This document shows, piece after piece, positions 37,346 to 50,069 of a stretch of DNA of 64,000 bases. The DNA is from Geosiphon pyriformis uo1 (lineage: Eukaryota; Fungi; Glomeromycota), in NCBI GenBank assembly GCA_016748015.1, contig JAAOMT010000708.1, forward strand, positions 124,001 through 188,000. The letters are read 5' to 3'. The notes below the pieces were generated by a model. The model was not told where the DNA came from, ran no database searches, and was given only the letters and a program-made list of their open reading frames with translations. The translations under genes and the position numbers were made by a program. Position 1 is the stretch's first letter; every line of letters begins with the position of its first letter.

Positions 37346-38158
37346 TATTACTTATAAAATATAAGAAAATATATTAGCATATAAATTAGCCAATCAGAAG
37401 TAGCCATAGTAAATATGGAATTCCAGGATTCCAGAAATTTTAGGATTCTCATACAAAGAATTGCAGGATTCCAGAATTCCAGAATTCCTCTCAAAGAATT
37501 GCAGAATTCCAAGAATTCCAGAATTTCTGGTATGAAGAATTGAGGAATTGAGGAATCTCAATTATATATATATATATTAGTAATATTAAAAGTAAAAAAA
37601 GGAACCTCCAAGTTTAGATTTAATTTAAGCAACCTTCTCTATCACAAATATCAAAATAAATAATTATTTACTATTTTAAATCTACTCTTTACTATTAACA
37701 CTTCATGTTGATAGTAATTAATACTTGAACACACTAGAACAATAGTTCTTAATTATGGCTATTAATAGGATACTAACTTTTATTGTCTTGGCTTATTTTT
37801 TTATTTTTTTTATTTTTTTATTTCTTTTGTTGTGTACTAATTGATTAAAGAATTAAAGCACTGAGTTATTAATGTCAAGAATTGCCTGATAAAAGATCTC
37901 TGCAAATGGATAGAGCACATAAAAGAATTACGGATTACTTATTAGAGAAGTACCAGCCATCAAGCTAAAGAAAAAAATTGATAAAATTGCAATTCTGGGA
38001 AGCTATAGATAAACAACTATTGAATCTCTGTCCATTATACAAAAAACTTAACCAAAACCTTTAAATAATAATACCTTCCAATCAACCCTATATATCTATT
38101 GAGCACCAAGTTACAGATTTGTTATTTGTTTTAAGACCCCAAATAATTACTTGTAACA
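37346..38158 (+). repeat. 3' LTR of element A
   Basis: aligns with 19725-20563; ends GTAACA, followed by TCAG. Confidence 0.9.
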
Positions 38159-38162
38159 TCAG

Positions 38163-38374
38163 TTAAAACAATACTAAACTCTTATATAAACTATTGTTAT
38201 ATCACTAAAACCAGAAAAAAACAAACATAGCTTATGAAAACCAAAGCTAACTTCAAAAGACTTATCAATACCAAGCAAATAAACTATTTTATCTAATAAA
38301 CCTAACACCAAATAGCAGGTTACAATTGACATTACTCCAGAATTACTAATTAGATCACACTTTTTTATATCTAT
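38163..38374 (-). mobile_element. Putative decayed C-terminal end of a LINE ORF2
   Basis: translates as ..LLGIDKSFEVSFGFHKLCLFFSGF..VYIRV*, followed across element A by a UTR and AAT tail; family assignment from recollection only. Confidence 0.45.
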
Positions 38375-39322
38375 TATTACCAGTAAAATTTTAGCTATTA
38401 ATTAGCATGGAATTATTCTTATAATTCTTATTATTAATTAGTATATATTATTATCATTTTTATTATTACTTATTATTTAATCAATAACTCGATTTATACT
38501 ATAGAAATTAAGATAATCAAATTACACAATATTCTAAACCATGTAACATAGTCAAAATTTGCCGAAATTAATGAAAATTGGCCGAAATAATCAATAGTTT
38601 AGTAAAATAACTTGTAGTTTGCTGAAATGTATTTTTAGTTTACTAAAATTATAGCAAAAAGAAAAGTTCAAGTTCAAAGACTAGTATTACAACAAGTTGT
38701 ATAAAAAAAGAGCTATTCTCTTTAAGAAAATATATCTTTTCATAGTATTTTATTATAGTATTTTACTTTAGATATTTTAATTAGAACAAATCACTTTTAT
38801 ACTTTTCAAATTAAAATTAAATATTTGAAAAACCAAATCCTTTAAACTATTATATTTGAAATTTTTTCAACACAACTAACATTTTGAAATTAATTAGCTA
38901 TCAATTTCAATAATCTGTTAGTGACTTCAAACCTAAATAGAAAACGTTTTCCTTGTTAGAATTTTATTTTTTTTACATTTTTTTTATTTTTATTTTTTTT
39001 TCTTATTATAATCATTAAGATAGTCTACAGACAAGATTTTTGTAAAAGAGTTGACTTTTACAGCAAAGTAACTACATATTTTTAGTGAGCTTTCAAATGA
39101 GCAATTCCTGGAAAAGAGTTAATATTTACTATAACATAATTACATAAAGTAACTGGCATAGAATTGGTCATTTCATTTATAAGCCCAGCAGTTCAAATTA
39201 TAAATGATAATTTGAAGATAAATTCAGTTATTGGAGGTTTAATTGCTTTCAGAAAACGTAAAATTAGCAACAGACAGACATTAACAACATTCAAAAAAAG
39301 AGACCAAAAACCTTCAATAATA
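38375..39322 (+). mobile_element. Solo LTR of the element C family, opposite orientation to C, with non-matching flanks
   Basis: colinear with the reverse complement of 49092-50069 from TATTACCAG to CCTTCAATAATA; flanks CTAT vs TCAG. Confidence 0.85.
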
Positions 39323-40932
39323 TCAGCTATGAATTCTGCATCTGCTTTTTGAATTGCTTTTGCCTTTGGCCATTTTGTAAGATAATTTATGACTACTGTG
39401 ATATATTGGTTGCCTTTTCTGGTTATTGTTAATAGTCCAACTAAGTTAATTTCAATTTGATTAAATAGTTGTTCTATTTTAATTGGTTTTAGTAGTTTAC
39501 TAAGTCTTGTTCTTTCTCTTTTTTGACAAGTATTACAATTTTGAATGTATTAAATGGTGTTTGAATACATTGATGGCCAATAATATTTTTTTTTGGTTTT
39601 TTTTATGGTTGTTTCTTTATAAAAGTGTCCTGCTGTCAAATCTGAATACATGTTGTATAGTATTGTTTCTTTTTCTGATTCTGTGATTACTCTAAATGAT
39701 TGATCTGGATCCTTTCTGTTTTTTCAATATAATATATTTTAGTGGATAATAAAAGATTTAGATTGTTGTTTTATGTTGTTTTGTTTTTTGGAGATAATTT
39801 TTTCTTGAACTGCTGGGTATTAATATAGTATTAGAGTTGTTAATATTTTTGTGTATTCATTTTTTGTTATATTTTTGTGTTGAAAATGTTTTTTAGATTT
39901 GTTTTATTCATGACAAACTGTCAGCATTTCCATTTTTTTTCTCTTTTTATAATATACTGTATATTTGAATGGTAAAAGTTCTATTTTTTATCTGGTATAG
40001 TAGTCATTTCCAAATTTTTGCTTTTGGATTGATGTTAATCCTTTGTGATTAGTGTATATGTCAAATTTCTGGCTTAAGTATTCCTTCCATTTTATGACTG
40101 CCCAATAGATAGCTAAGTGTTTTAGTGCTAGTGTTCTATAGTTTTTTTTAACTGGACTTAAACTTTGGCTAACATATGCTACTAAGTGTTTTTTTCTATC
40201 TGGTCTTTTCTGTAATAATACTGCTCCCAATGCTTGACCTAATGCATTAGTGGTAATAATAAATGGCTTGCTGTGATTTAAATAGATTAGTACTGATGCT
40301 TGGATGAGCTTTTTTCTTAAAATATTAAAAGCCTTTTATTGTTTTTCAGTTCATTCATATTTTACATTCTTGGCTTGAAGCTGGTAAAGTGATTGGACTA
40401 GTTTAGAGAAGTTTTGGATAAAGCAGCAATAATATTCAGTGAATCCCAAAAATGCTTGTAGTTCTATCAGATTTGTTAATATTAAAAAGTTTTTAACAGT
40501 TTCAATTTTGTCTGGATTTGTTTTAATATTATTTTTGCTTATGACATGTCCTAGAAATTTCAATTTCATATTGCTAAAAAAACACTTGGTTGCATTCAGC
40601 TTTAATTCTGCTTTTTTCAACCTCTCAAACACTTGCTAAAGATGGTACAAATAATCATCAAATGTTCTTGAGAACACATTGGTGTTATCCAAATATATAA
40701 CTACTGATTTTCATAGCAATTCAGTATAGACAATTTTCATAAGCCATTAAAAGATGACTGGAATATTGGTTAAGCTGAATGACATAACTTCAAATTTTAA
40801 ATTTTTTTTTTGGTAGTCAATGCAGTCTTTTTTTTATCAGCTAAATTCATGGCTACTTAATAATTATTATTTAGATCCAAGGTTGAGAACCATTTTTTTT
40901 CTCTGAAAGTATTGAATAATTTTTAAATACAT

Positions 40933-41413
40933 TGTTACCAGAGGTTTTTGGTCTCTTCTCTTAAATGTTGTCGATGCTTGTTTGCTGTGAATTCACGTTT
41001 TCTGGATGTGGTTGAACCTCCAGTAACTGAATTTATCTTCAAATTATCTCTTATAATTTGAACTGCTGGGCTTATAAGTGGAATGGCCAATTTCTTGCCA
41101 GTTACTTTATGTAGTTACGTTGTAGTAAATGTCAACTCTTTCCCAGGAATTGCTTGTCTGGAAGCTCACTAAAAATGTGTAGTTACTTTGCTGTGAAAGT
41201 CAACTCTTCTACAGGAATCTCGTCTGTAGGCTACCCTAATGATTGTAATAAGAAAATAAAAGAAAAATAAAAGAAATGTAAAAGAAATAGAATTCTGTCA
41301 AGGGAAACGTTTTCTATCCAGGCCTGGAGTTACTAACAGTTTATTGAAATTGGTAGCTAATCAATTTCAAAACGTTAGTTGGGTTTTGAGGATTTTCCAA
41401 GTGCAATAATTAA
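40933..41413 (-). repeat. 3' LTR of element C (visible part; the rest lies in the gap)
   Basis: 10 differences over 481 bp versus 49092-49572, counted by eye. Confidence 0.92.
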
Positions 41414-41600
41414 NNNNNNNNNNNNNNNNNNNNNNNNNNNNNNNNNNNNNNNNNNNNNNNNNNNNNNNNNNNNNNNNNNNNNNNNNNNNNNNNNNNNNNN
41501 NNNNNNNNNNNNNNNNNNNNNNNNNNNNNNNNNNNNNNNNNNNNNNNNNNNNNNNNNNNNNNNNNNNNNNNNNNNNNNNNNNNNNNNNNNNNNNNNNNNN
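41414..41600. other. Assembly gap (187 N)
   Basis: N run. Confidence 0.99.
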
Positions 41601-41900
41601 CATTTGGTGGAATACTAATTGGAGTGAACATTAGGTTTTCTCTTAAAGCAAGCTTTAAAAGTTCTGGCAGGTGAATTCCAGTATAACTTCTTGTGTTCTT
41701 CTTATACAGGTGATATTTTTGTGAATTTGGGGCTAAATTTGTAACTACTTCTGTTTAGGTATAATTAATGTGGTTTCCAGTAACAGTAATGGATAATTCG
41801 GGTATTGTTTTTAAAGCTAACATTAGTTTTTGGGATAATTGTTGAATGTTTTGAGAAATAGTTATTATAAGCAATTTGAAATAACAGAAAATTATTTTTG
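41601..41900 (-). pseudogene. Element C ORF3 fragment
   Basis: ISQNIQQLSQKLMLALKTIPELSITV resembles LSDQILKLSKQLFETIQK..IEITI of B. Confidence 0.5.
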
Positions 41901-41986
41901 GTGTATGAGTTTTTATGTTATTTTTGTTTTGTTTTTGTGAGATTGTTTCTAAATTATAAGAAGATAACTATAATAATAAATTTAAA

Positions 41987-43372
41987 TTAAGTGTTCAAGT
42001 TGGGAGGCTGTTCAATGACAACTATTGGTTCTAAATTTCAGGGAATGTCTTTGGGATTGATTAAAGGAGAATGTGTACCAATTTGTGAAATTAATGGTTC
42101 AGGATTGTTTCTGGAATTATAGTGTTTCAAACAATCTCCATGTGCAACTTTTGCTAGAATTTTGTTATCAAGTCTTAGCTTGTATGATCCGTTGCCTAAA
42201 ACTTCATAGATAAAGAATAGTTTATCCCATTTATTCTCAAATTTTCCACTCTATTGTTTTTCAGCTTTAGTTCTGTGTAAGAGAACTTTGTTTCCAATTT
42301 TAAATTCATTAGTGACTGGAGACAATTTGTCATCATGCCATTCTTTTTGTTGAGCTTGGGAGTGTTCAATATGGGTGGCTGCTATTCATCGTTTTCCTTC
42401 CAATGTGCTAAGCAGAGTGTAGGCTCTTTGCTGAAGCATTTCTTGGAAATTGTTTTCATCAATTGGTTGTGCTAGATATGTTTCCACTGTGAAACTAATT
42501 GGTAACGTTGCTGTCCTTCCGTAAGTTAAATCAAATGGTGTGTGTTTCGTGGTATCTTGTTTTAGTGTTCTATATGCTAGTAACACTGATAGAATAAAGA
42601 GATCCCATTCTTGCTCAAAATTGGTTGAAACTTTGGTTAATGATTCACACAATGTTCTGTTGAACCGTTCTACAAGTCCATTTGTTTGTGAATAGTAGGG
42701 TGAAGATAATGGTCTCTTGACATTAAATTGTCCACAAATTTCCTGGATTAAATTGTTCACGAAATGTGTTCCTTGATCAGATAAAAGTTCTATTGGGCAT
42801 CTATGTCTACAAATAATGTCTTCATAGATAAAGTTTGCTACTGATTTTGCATCTGCCCATTAAATGGCTCTGGCTTCAGGCTATTTGGTGAGATAGTCTA
42901 TGGCTACTACAATATAATGGTTCCCTTGGTTTGTGATAGGTAGTGGTCTGACTAAATCGATACCAACTCTGTCAAAAGGCTGTCCAACTTTGATTGGGTT
43001 TAAAGGTTCTGGTGGATGAGTTCCTCCTCTTTTTTGACAACTATTACAAGATTCAACATATTCGTGAATGTCTTTTTTCATTTGAGGCCAAAAGTAGTAT
43101 TCTAGTATTCTTTGGGTGGTGCTGTTTTTTCCGAAGTAGGCTGATGAAGGATCTGAGTGCATGTTGTATAATATAGTCTCTTTTTCCTGTTCTTGTATTA
43201 ATCTGAGTGGTTTGTCTGGGTTTTTGAAATTTTGATGATAAATAATGTTGTTATGTAGAAAATATTGTTTGGCTTGTTGTTGTAATTGATGTTTTTTATC
43301 TGGAGACCAATCTGTTGGGATTGTTAATGTTTCCAAATATCGTTTGAGATCGTTGTAGTTTTCTGAATTCAT
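41987..43372 (-). pseudogene. Element C integrase as a separate ORF (MNSENY..; one frame of 462 codons)
   Basis: MHSDP..CNSCQ, VGIDL, SDQGTHF, QTNGLVERFN, ends NLEPIVVIEQPPNLNT*. Confidence 0.9.
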
Positions 43373-43425
43373 TGTTTGTTGGCTGTTTTGGTTGGTTAAG
43401 TTGAGTGTTGGTTTTTTGTGTTTTT

Positions 43426-46400
43426 CTAATCTTGTCTCATTCTGGAGAAACAGTCAACATTGGTGTGGAGTTTTCCTGGTTTGTGATGAACTATGTATCG
43501 ATAGTTTGCTAGAAATCCTGTCCATCAGGTTTGTTTTGCATTCAGCTGAGTATTTTTGTTTTGAAGCCATTTGAGTCTAATATTATCAGTGATAATATCA
43601 AATTTTTTAGGCCTGAGATAAAGGTTGAAGTAGTGTAGAGCCCAAATTACGGCTGTTGTTTCTAGTTCTGTAGCAGGATAGTTTTTCTCAGCTGGTTTTA
43701 ATGTTTTGCTAGCATAAGCAATTATTTGCTCATTTCCGTTGTTATCTAGTTGTGATAAGATGGCACCAAAGACAGTATACGAAGCATTTGTAGCTAGTCA
43801 AAATCAGTTGCTGAAATCCAGGTAGGCGAGAATTGGAGCTGTTGTCAGTTTTTCCTTGAGGATTTCAAAAGCTTTTTGGTGTTCGGTAGTCCATTTGTAT
43901 TCAATGTTTTTGGTAGTAAGCTGGTTGAGGGGTTTTGCAATTTCTGAGAATCTTTTGATAAACTTCCAATAGTAGGATGCTAATTCTATGAATCCTCTTA
44001 GTTCTGTAGTGTTTCGAGGAGTTTTGAAGTTTTTGACAATGCTGATTTTTCCAGAGTCTGGTTTGATTCCATCTTTACTAACAATATGACCAAGGAAGGC
44101 CAGGCTTGTTTTTCCAAAGTAGCATTTTTTGATATTGAGTTTTAGTTCTGCTTTTTGTAATCGTTGAAAAACTTCTTGCAGGTGTTTTAAGTGTAATTCA
44201 AACAATGGAGAATAAACATCAGTATTGTCAAGATAAATGACTACTGACTTCCAAAGAAGTCCTTGGTACACAACATCCATTAATCTCTGAAACATTGCTG
44301 GTGCATTGCATAATCCGAAAGACATTACATTGAACTCATAATTTCCGTCTTGGGTGGTGAATGCTGTTTTGGGGTGATCGTTGGGATCCATAGCAACTTG
44401 CCAGTAACTGCTTTCTAAATTTAGTGTTGAAAAGTATTTGGATTTTCCAAGAGCATCTAACATGTTATCAATCCGGAGAAAGGGGTAGGCGTCTCCAATT
44501 GTAACACTGTTGAGCTGTCAATAGTTAACACAAAATCGGATCTTTCCATTTTTCTTTTTAACTAGCACTACAGGTGAAGCCCAAGGACTCATAGAGAGTT
44601 GGATGAGCCCATTGTTAAGCATTCGTTGTACTTCTTCTCGGATGAATTGGTGGCTTTCTAGAGCAACTCGATATGCTTGTTGTCTTCTTGGTTTGGCATC
44701 TCCTGTATAAATTTGGTGTTGAACCAAATTGGTTCTTCCTAAGTTATTGTTGTTTTCAGCAAAGATATCAGCAAATTCTGCAATTAGCTCTTTGAGCTGG
44801 GTCTGTTGTTGTGGTTCAAGTTGTCCCATGTTGATTCGAGATAGTTTTTCCATGACAACATGGTAGTTTTTGGAGCTGGGGTTTGGGTTAATTTTTGGTA
44901 GTGAATGTTCAGTAATTTCAGAGAAATTGGGAACTGTTTGGAGTAATTCTTGTTGAAATATATTACTGTGAATAACTCCAATTTCTAAATTATTTAATAA
45001 AATTATGGGGTAATTATTGGGGTTGTAAAAAGTAACTCAGACTCTCTTTGTTCCTTCTGGAATATAAATGTTTGGGATTGAAATATTATGTTCCAAGCAG
45101 ACTTGTTCATTGGACTCAAAAATTTGTTGTGTGGTTGTTGGCTTTGGGCAGGTGTAGATTTCTGGATGTTTTCCAAAGGGTGAGATGATAATCGGTTGTG
45201 GAAGTCTGAGAATCTGGTGAGATTTGTTCTGTGTGTTAAGAGCTATATTAACTAGAACTGTGAATCGTCCAGTTGAACCAAAACCTTGAGTTCCTCTATC
45301 ACTTTTTCCTAATTGTTTTCTTTGATTGACTAGTTGCAAACCTGAAATGTTGATTAAGAGTAGGTAAATAGCTTGGGCAATTTTTTCAGCATGTTCGATC
45401 TTGAATGGTTTGTCAGTTTCATTTTGAAGCATTACTGTAATGTCTCCAGTATATCCAGCATTGATTATTCCTTCTCTGACATTGATTTCTTTGCTTGCCA
45501 AAGAGGACCGGGAGGTGATTTGAACCATTGCTCCTGGCAAAATTTCGAGTGCAATTTTGAAATTGATTTTTGTGAGAGATTTGGGTTTGAGAACAAGAGT
45601 ATCCTTGCCTGGATATCTTAGGTCATATCCAGCATCAATTTTGTGTGCTTTTTCGGGTTTTATTTCTTGTCCATTGTTGTTAAAGTATTTAAGTTGTAAG
45701 GCAGGCTGATTTTTGATAAGGTAGATAGGTGTTGTTTCAATTTCTTCCATTGCTTCAGGTTCTTCAAATTCAATTTTGTTCTCATCATTTTCACTGGGCA
45801 AGGGGATACTAAGAGCGTAGCATTCAGGACACCACTGTTCATCGCAAGGCATAATGCATTCTTCACATAGCCTAATGTTCATTTACTCTAATCATTGAAT
45901 TTGAGCTTCTTGGGTTGGGTAGATGTGACTTGCAATTTGGTGGTAGACTTCTACTTCATCTTCATAATTGAATCCAGTTAATTCCATGGTGTATTCAATG
46001 TATTCTGCTTCCTTCATTTGATGAACATCTTCTTTGGTAGCTCTATTAATTAATGCCATTGCTAGATCAAAAATCATCTCAGCATTATAGGGGTAGTGAT
46101 AAAGTTTGTTAAGAGCACTGTTGTATGCCGCATTAAAGAGTGTTCCTTTTTTTACTTTTTCTGAAATTGATAAAGCATATTGGCAGGTCTGATTGCAGAC
46201 TCCTCCTCTCATGGCTATATCAATCTAATTGCATTCTTCCGGTAGCATATTTCCACAAGTCAAACAAGGGATGTTGTCCCATTTTCCGCTCCTTTTTATT
46301 AGATGACCCCATCGTTCTCTGTGACAAGCCTTGCAGTAATAACAAGTATGATTTTCATATTTTTCTTCAAGTAAAATGCAGGCTTCCATTGACAATAGTT

Positions 46401-49045
46401 TCTTGTGGCAGTCCTTACATTTAAGGGGAATATAGAGGCATTGTTTTCTTGGTTTGAGTTTTGAGTAAGAGATATTCTATCCAGAGGTTTTGGGTTCAGA
46501 GTGTGAGATAAAATGTTCTTGTTCTGTTTCATTGGCCCAGTTGGACGTTGATCCAAGAGCCATGAATGTTTCAATGAGGGGTTTTTCTTCTTCTGGTTTG
46601 AATTCAAAAGCTGGGGCTTTTTCAGAGCATTTGTTGAATGTACCACAAGTGGCAGGTACCCGGGTGTGTTGTCCTTGGTAGGAGATTATTAACTTTTGTG
46701 TTTTCCAATTCAGATTAGCAATGGCTTTTTGAAGCCAATCATTTCTGACAAGAGCTTAGTACTGGGGTGCGTCCATTACAAGAACTTTGACTAGAATGGT
46801 AATTCCATCAAGAGTGAATGAAAAATTGTCAATTTCTTCTACTGCAGTCTTTTTCATGCTATCGGCAGTGACGATTACTGTTTGAGCTGGTCGGTCAACA
46901 TTTCTTTTCAACTGTTGCATTAACTAGTAGGTGATAATGCTTCTGGCAGATCCACTGTCTAGGATCAAGCGAATTGTTTTTTTTTCGACTTCTGCTTCAG
47001 TGTACATAGCCATAATTGCTTTTTGTTTATTGGCGGCTGCATTACTAAGCAGGAATGGTAACTCATTTGCTTCAAACTCAAAAAGGAATATATTTGAAAA
47101 GTTAGCATTTTCAGCGATTCTGGCTGGTAAAATTGTGATGAGAGTATAGGAAGAGTTTTGTTGTTGTGCTGCAGCTCTACCTTCCGAGAGTGCAGTATGG
47201 TGAAAATCCTGTTCTTCTGGCATTGTTAAATAACTGGGTTGAGTGTGGTAGTGGTTGGGTCTTGGTTGAGTGGAATTTTGGGGAACCAATGGGTTGTTTG
47301 AACTGATTCTATTGTTGTTTATTTGGTATCGGTTTTGTGGTGTGAATTGATTTTGTGTAATCAGTCTTCGAGCAGGTACTTGATAATGTTGTGTGGGTGG
47401 TTGTTGGTATTGCTGTTGGATTTGGCTGTGGGGCAGGCTGATAATAGTTATTTTGGTATTGGGGTCTTGGTGAATAGTAAGCTGGTGGTGGTGGTTGATA
47501 ATAAGATTGCTGTAGTGGAGGATAACGTTGATTATTCTTATTTTGTTGGTCTCATTGTAGCTTTCTGCAATCTTTTTTCCAGTGGCCAGAGATTTCACAA
47601 TAATGACAATTCTGCGGCTGGTTGTTGGAAAGTGGTGCAAAGTTATTTTGATTTCGTCTTTGGGGTGGTTGATATCTTTGGGGTTGCTGTTGTTGTTGAT
47701 TGGTGAAATAGTTTTCAATCTTCTTTGTGAGTTGGTCAATTTTTTTCTCAGCTGCTGAGCTGGTTTCTCCAATTGCCAAATTTACAAGTTTTGTGCAATT
47801 GGCCTCTTCCATGGCCATTTCATATCTTTTCACATACTGTATGGCAGAGTTTAAATCTTCTGGCGCATGTGGGCGAACCTTTTTAATTAGTTTATCTTTT
47901 AGACCAGCAATAAATTGATCCAAGATTTGAGCATTGGAATAATAATTGTTTGTTTCAAGTTGGTGAATTTGTCTGAGAAGTTTGTTGAATTTCCCAATAT
48001 AAGTCATAACAGATTCGGAGGATTCTTGTTTGATATTTTGAAAACGATTGCAAAAGGTAATGGAGTTATTATTGTTAGTGAACTGTTCAAGGAAGGCTGC
48101 TTTGAAAGCATTCCAATCATTGAATAGGGCAGCCAAGTTTTCAAACCATTCTTCTGCTGTTCCTTTGAGAAAGTAGAGAATTGTTCTTAACATTCTGACA
48201 GCATTCCATCCATTTGCATCTTCAGCTTTAATAACTTGGTCGAGCCATTCTTGAGGACTGGTTTCAATGTTTTCTCCATTAAATTCAGGGATTTTTGTGA
48301 TGTATGTTGTTATTTCGTCTTCTTCATTCTTACTGTCTATTGATTCTTCCTCAGATATTTCAGGTTCATTTTCTTCGTTTGCTGCTGTCTCAGAGTGTTT
48401 ACTTTGATTTTCAGCTAGAAAGTCAAGAAGATTGGAACTAGTTTGAAGGGGTTCTTGTTGTCTAATGGGACTTCTGAGTGATGTAAAATCTTCTGGTCTT
48501 GCAAATTGATTCAAGGATGAATTAGGTATTTGTGTTTGTGCAAGTGAAGCTGGAAAAGGTGTGATAGTAAGTGGAAGTTTTGAACTGGTTCCTTGTTCAG
48601 GTGTTTGTAAATGGTTGGCAGTTGTTTTTGGTAGTGTTGGAGTATTTGGGGTGGTTTTTGAGTATTGCTTCAATTTGTTTTTGCCTTTGTTGCTTGTTTC
48701 TGTTTTCAATTCAAAATCAATAATGTATTGAGACTGCACTGGATATGTTTCTTCACAGTATTTGATAATGTTAAAATTAAGTTTATGAAAGTAAGTGACA
48801 AGTGTTTCACTGTTAAGGTCTTTAGTTCTCAACTGTGAATAGTGTGCTAAATTATTGTAAAGGTTGCTTCTAACTTCTGAGATATTGTAATTTCCAAAAA
48901 GATAATTGTTGATGCGGTTTTCAATGTATTGGTATACTGATTTCTTAACAACTTCAATTCCGTCTGGAATGTTGAATCTTTGCTTGCAGTAGGTGTAAAT
49001 TGACTGGTAATACTCTAGAGTTGTTGTGTTTGGTGTGGTCACTAC
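43426..49045 (-). pseudogene. Element C ORF1: Gag (capsid IPEFNG..PQEWL, zinc knuckle CHYCEISGHWKKDC), protease LILDSGS, Cys-rich domain, dUTPase, RT, RNase H
   Basis: fragments starting 47772, 46212, 45882, 44853 and 44463 share one frame down to TAG 43428-43426; one frameshift in the Gag Q/P-rich tail. Confidence 0.92.
45265..45665 (-). pseudogene. dUTPase domain of element C with all five motifs
   Basis: DAGYDL, SRSSLA, GII(D>N)AGYTG, KIAQ, RGTQGFGSTG. Confidence 0.92.
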
Positions 49046-49091
49046 TTTGAAGTTGTTTTTTGCTGTGTTGTTTCCGTGGGAGAGCACCAAA

Positions 49092-50069
49092 TGTTACCGG
49101 AGGTTTTTGGTCTCTTCTCTTAAATGTTGTCGATACTTGTTTGCTGTGAATTCATGTTTTCTGGATGTGGTTGAACCTCCAGTAACTGAATTTATCTTCA
49201 AATTATCTCTTATAATTTGAACTGCTGGGCTTATAAGTGGAATGGCCAATTCCTTGCCAGTTACTTTATGTAGTTACATTGTAGTAAATGTCAACTCTTT
49301 CCCAAGAATTGCTTGTCTGGAAGCTCACTAAAAATGTGTAGTTACTTTGCTGTGAAAGTCAACTCTTCTACAGGAATCTCATCTGTAGGCTACTCTAATG
49401 ATTGTAATAAGAAAATAAAAGAAAAATAAAAGAAATGTAAAAGAAATAGAATTCTGTCAAGGGAAACGTTTTTTATCCAGGCCTGGAGTTACTAACAGTT
49501 TATTGAAATTGGTAGCTAATCAATTTCAAAACATTAGTTGGGTTTTGAGGATTTTCCAAGTGCAATAATTAAAGAATTTGGTTTTTCAAATTATTTGATA
49601 TTTATTTCTTTTTGTGTGTATAAAAATGGTTCTGAGTGATAATCTAAAATAAGATATATTTTCTCGAAGAGAAAAGCTCTTCTTTTATACAACTTGTTGT
49701 AACACTATTCTATGAACTTGAACTTTGCTATTTTCTACAATTTCACTGAACTAAAGATACATTTCAGCGAACTACAAGTTATTTCTGCGAACTATTAGAT
49801 ATTTCGGTAAACTATTAATTATTTTGGTGAATTTCTACAAATTTCGGTGAACTTTTGAATGTTACATAGTTTGGGGTATTGCATGATTGATCATCGCAAT
49901 TAGGTTACATTTGTGTTGTGTACAATTTGGGTTATTAATTAAATGATAATTTTGGACATTTTTGCTAATGTAATAAGTAATAATTTGAAATGATAATATA
50001 TGCTAATTAATGATAGGAATTATAAGATAATTTCATGCTAAATAATATTTCTAATTTCATCTGGTAACA
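49092..50069 (-). repeat. 5' LTR of element C (TTCGGCGAA-like array ~49740-49855; TATAAAA 49683-49689)
   Basis: TGTTAC..GTAACA termini, adjacent to PBS and TSD. Confidence 0.92.

Larger units (their letters stand above)
19725..38158 (+). mobile_element. Ty3/Gypsy-type LTR retrotransposon A (full length, decayed; interrupted by element B)
   Basis: paired LTRs T(G>A)TTAC..GTAACA, 4-bp TSD CCAG/TCAG, PBS, PPT, and gag-PR-dUTPase-RT-RH-IN order. Confidence 0.93.
40933..50069 (-). mobile_element. Ty3/Gypsy-type LTR retrotransposon C (best preserved), inserted in the RT of D
   Basis: TG..CA LTRs, perfect TSD ACAT (40929-40932 and 50070-50073), PBS TGGTGCTCTCCCACGG; D's RT motif (decayed SYPIPRIQ) rejoins across it. 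Confidence 0.95.

Noticed and set aside
41367-41631. ORF calls containing X runs
   Set aside because: Artefacts of the N gap
47400-47560. Programmed Gag-Pol frameshift in element C
   Set aside because: Gag and protease are in one frame in B and E; the shift in C looks like a private 1-nt indel
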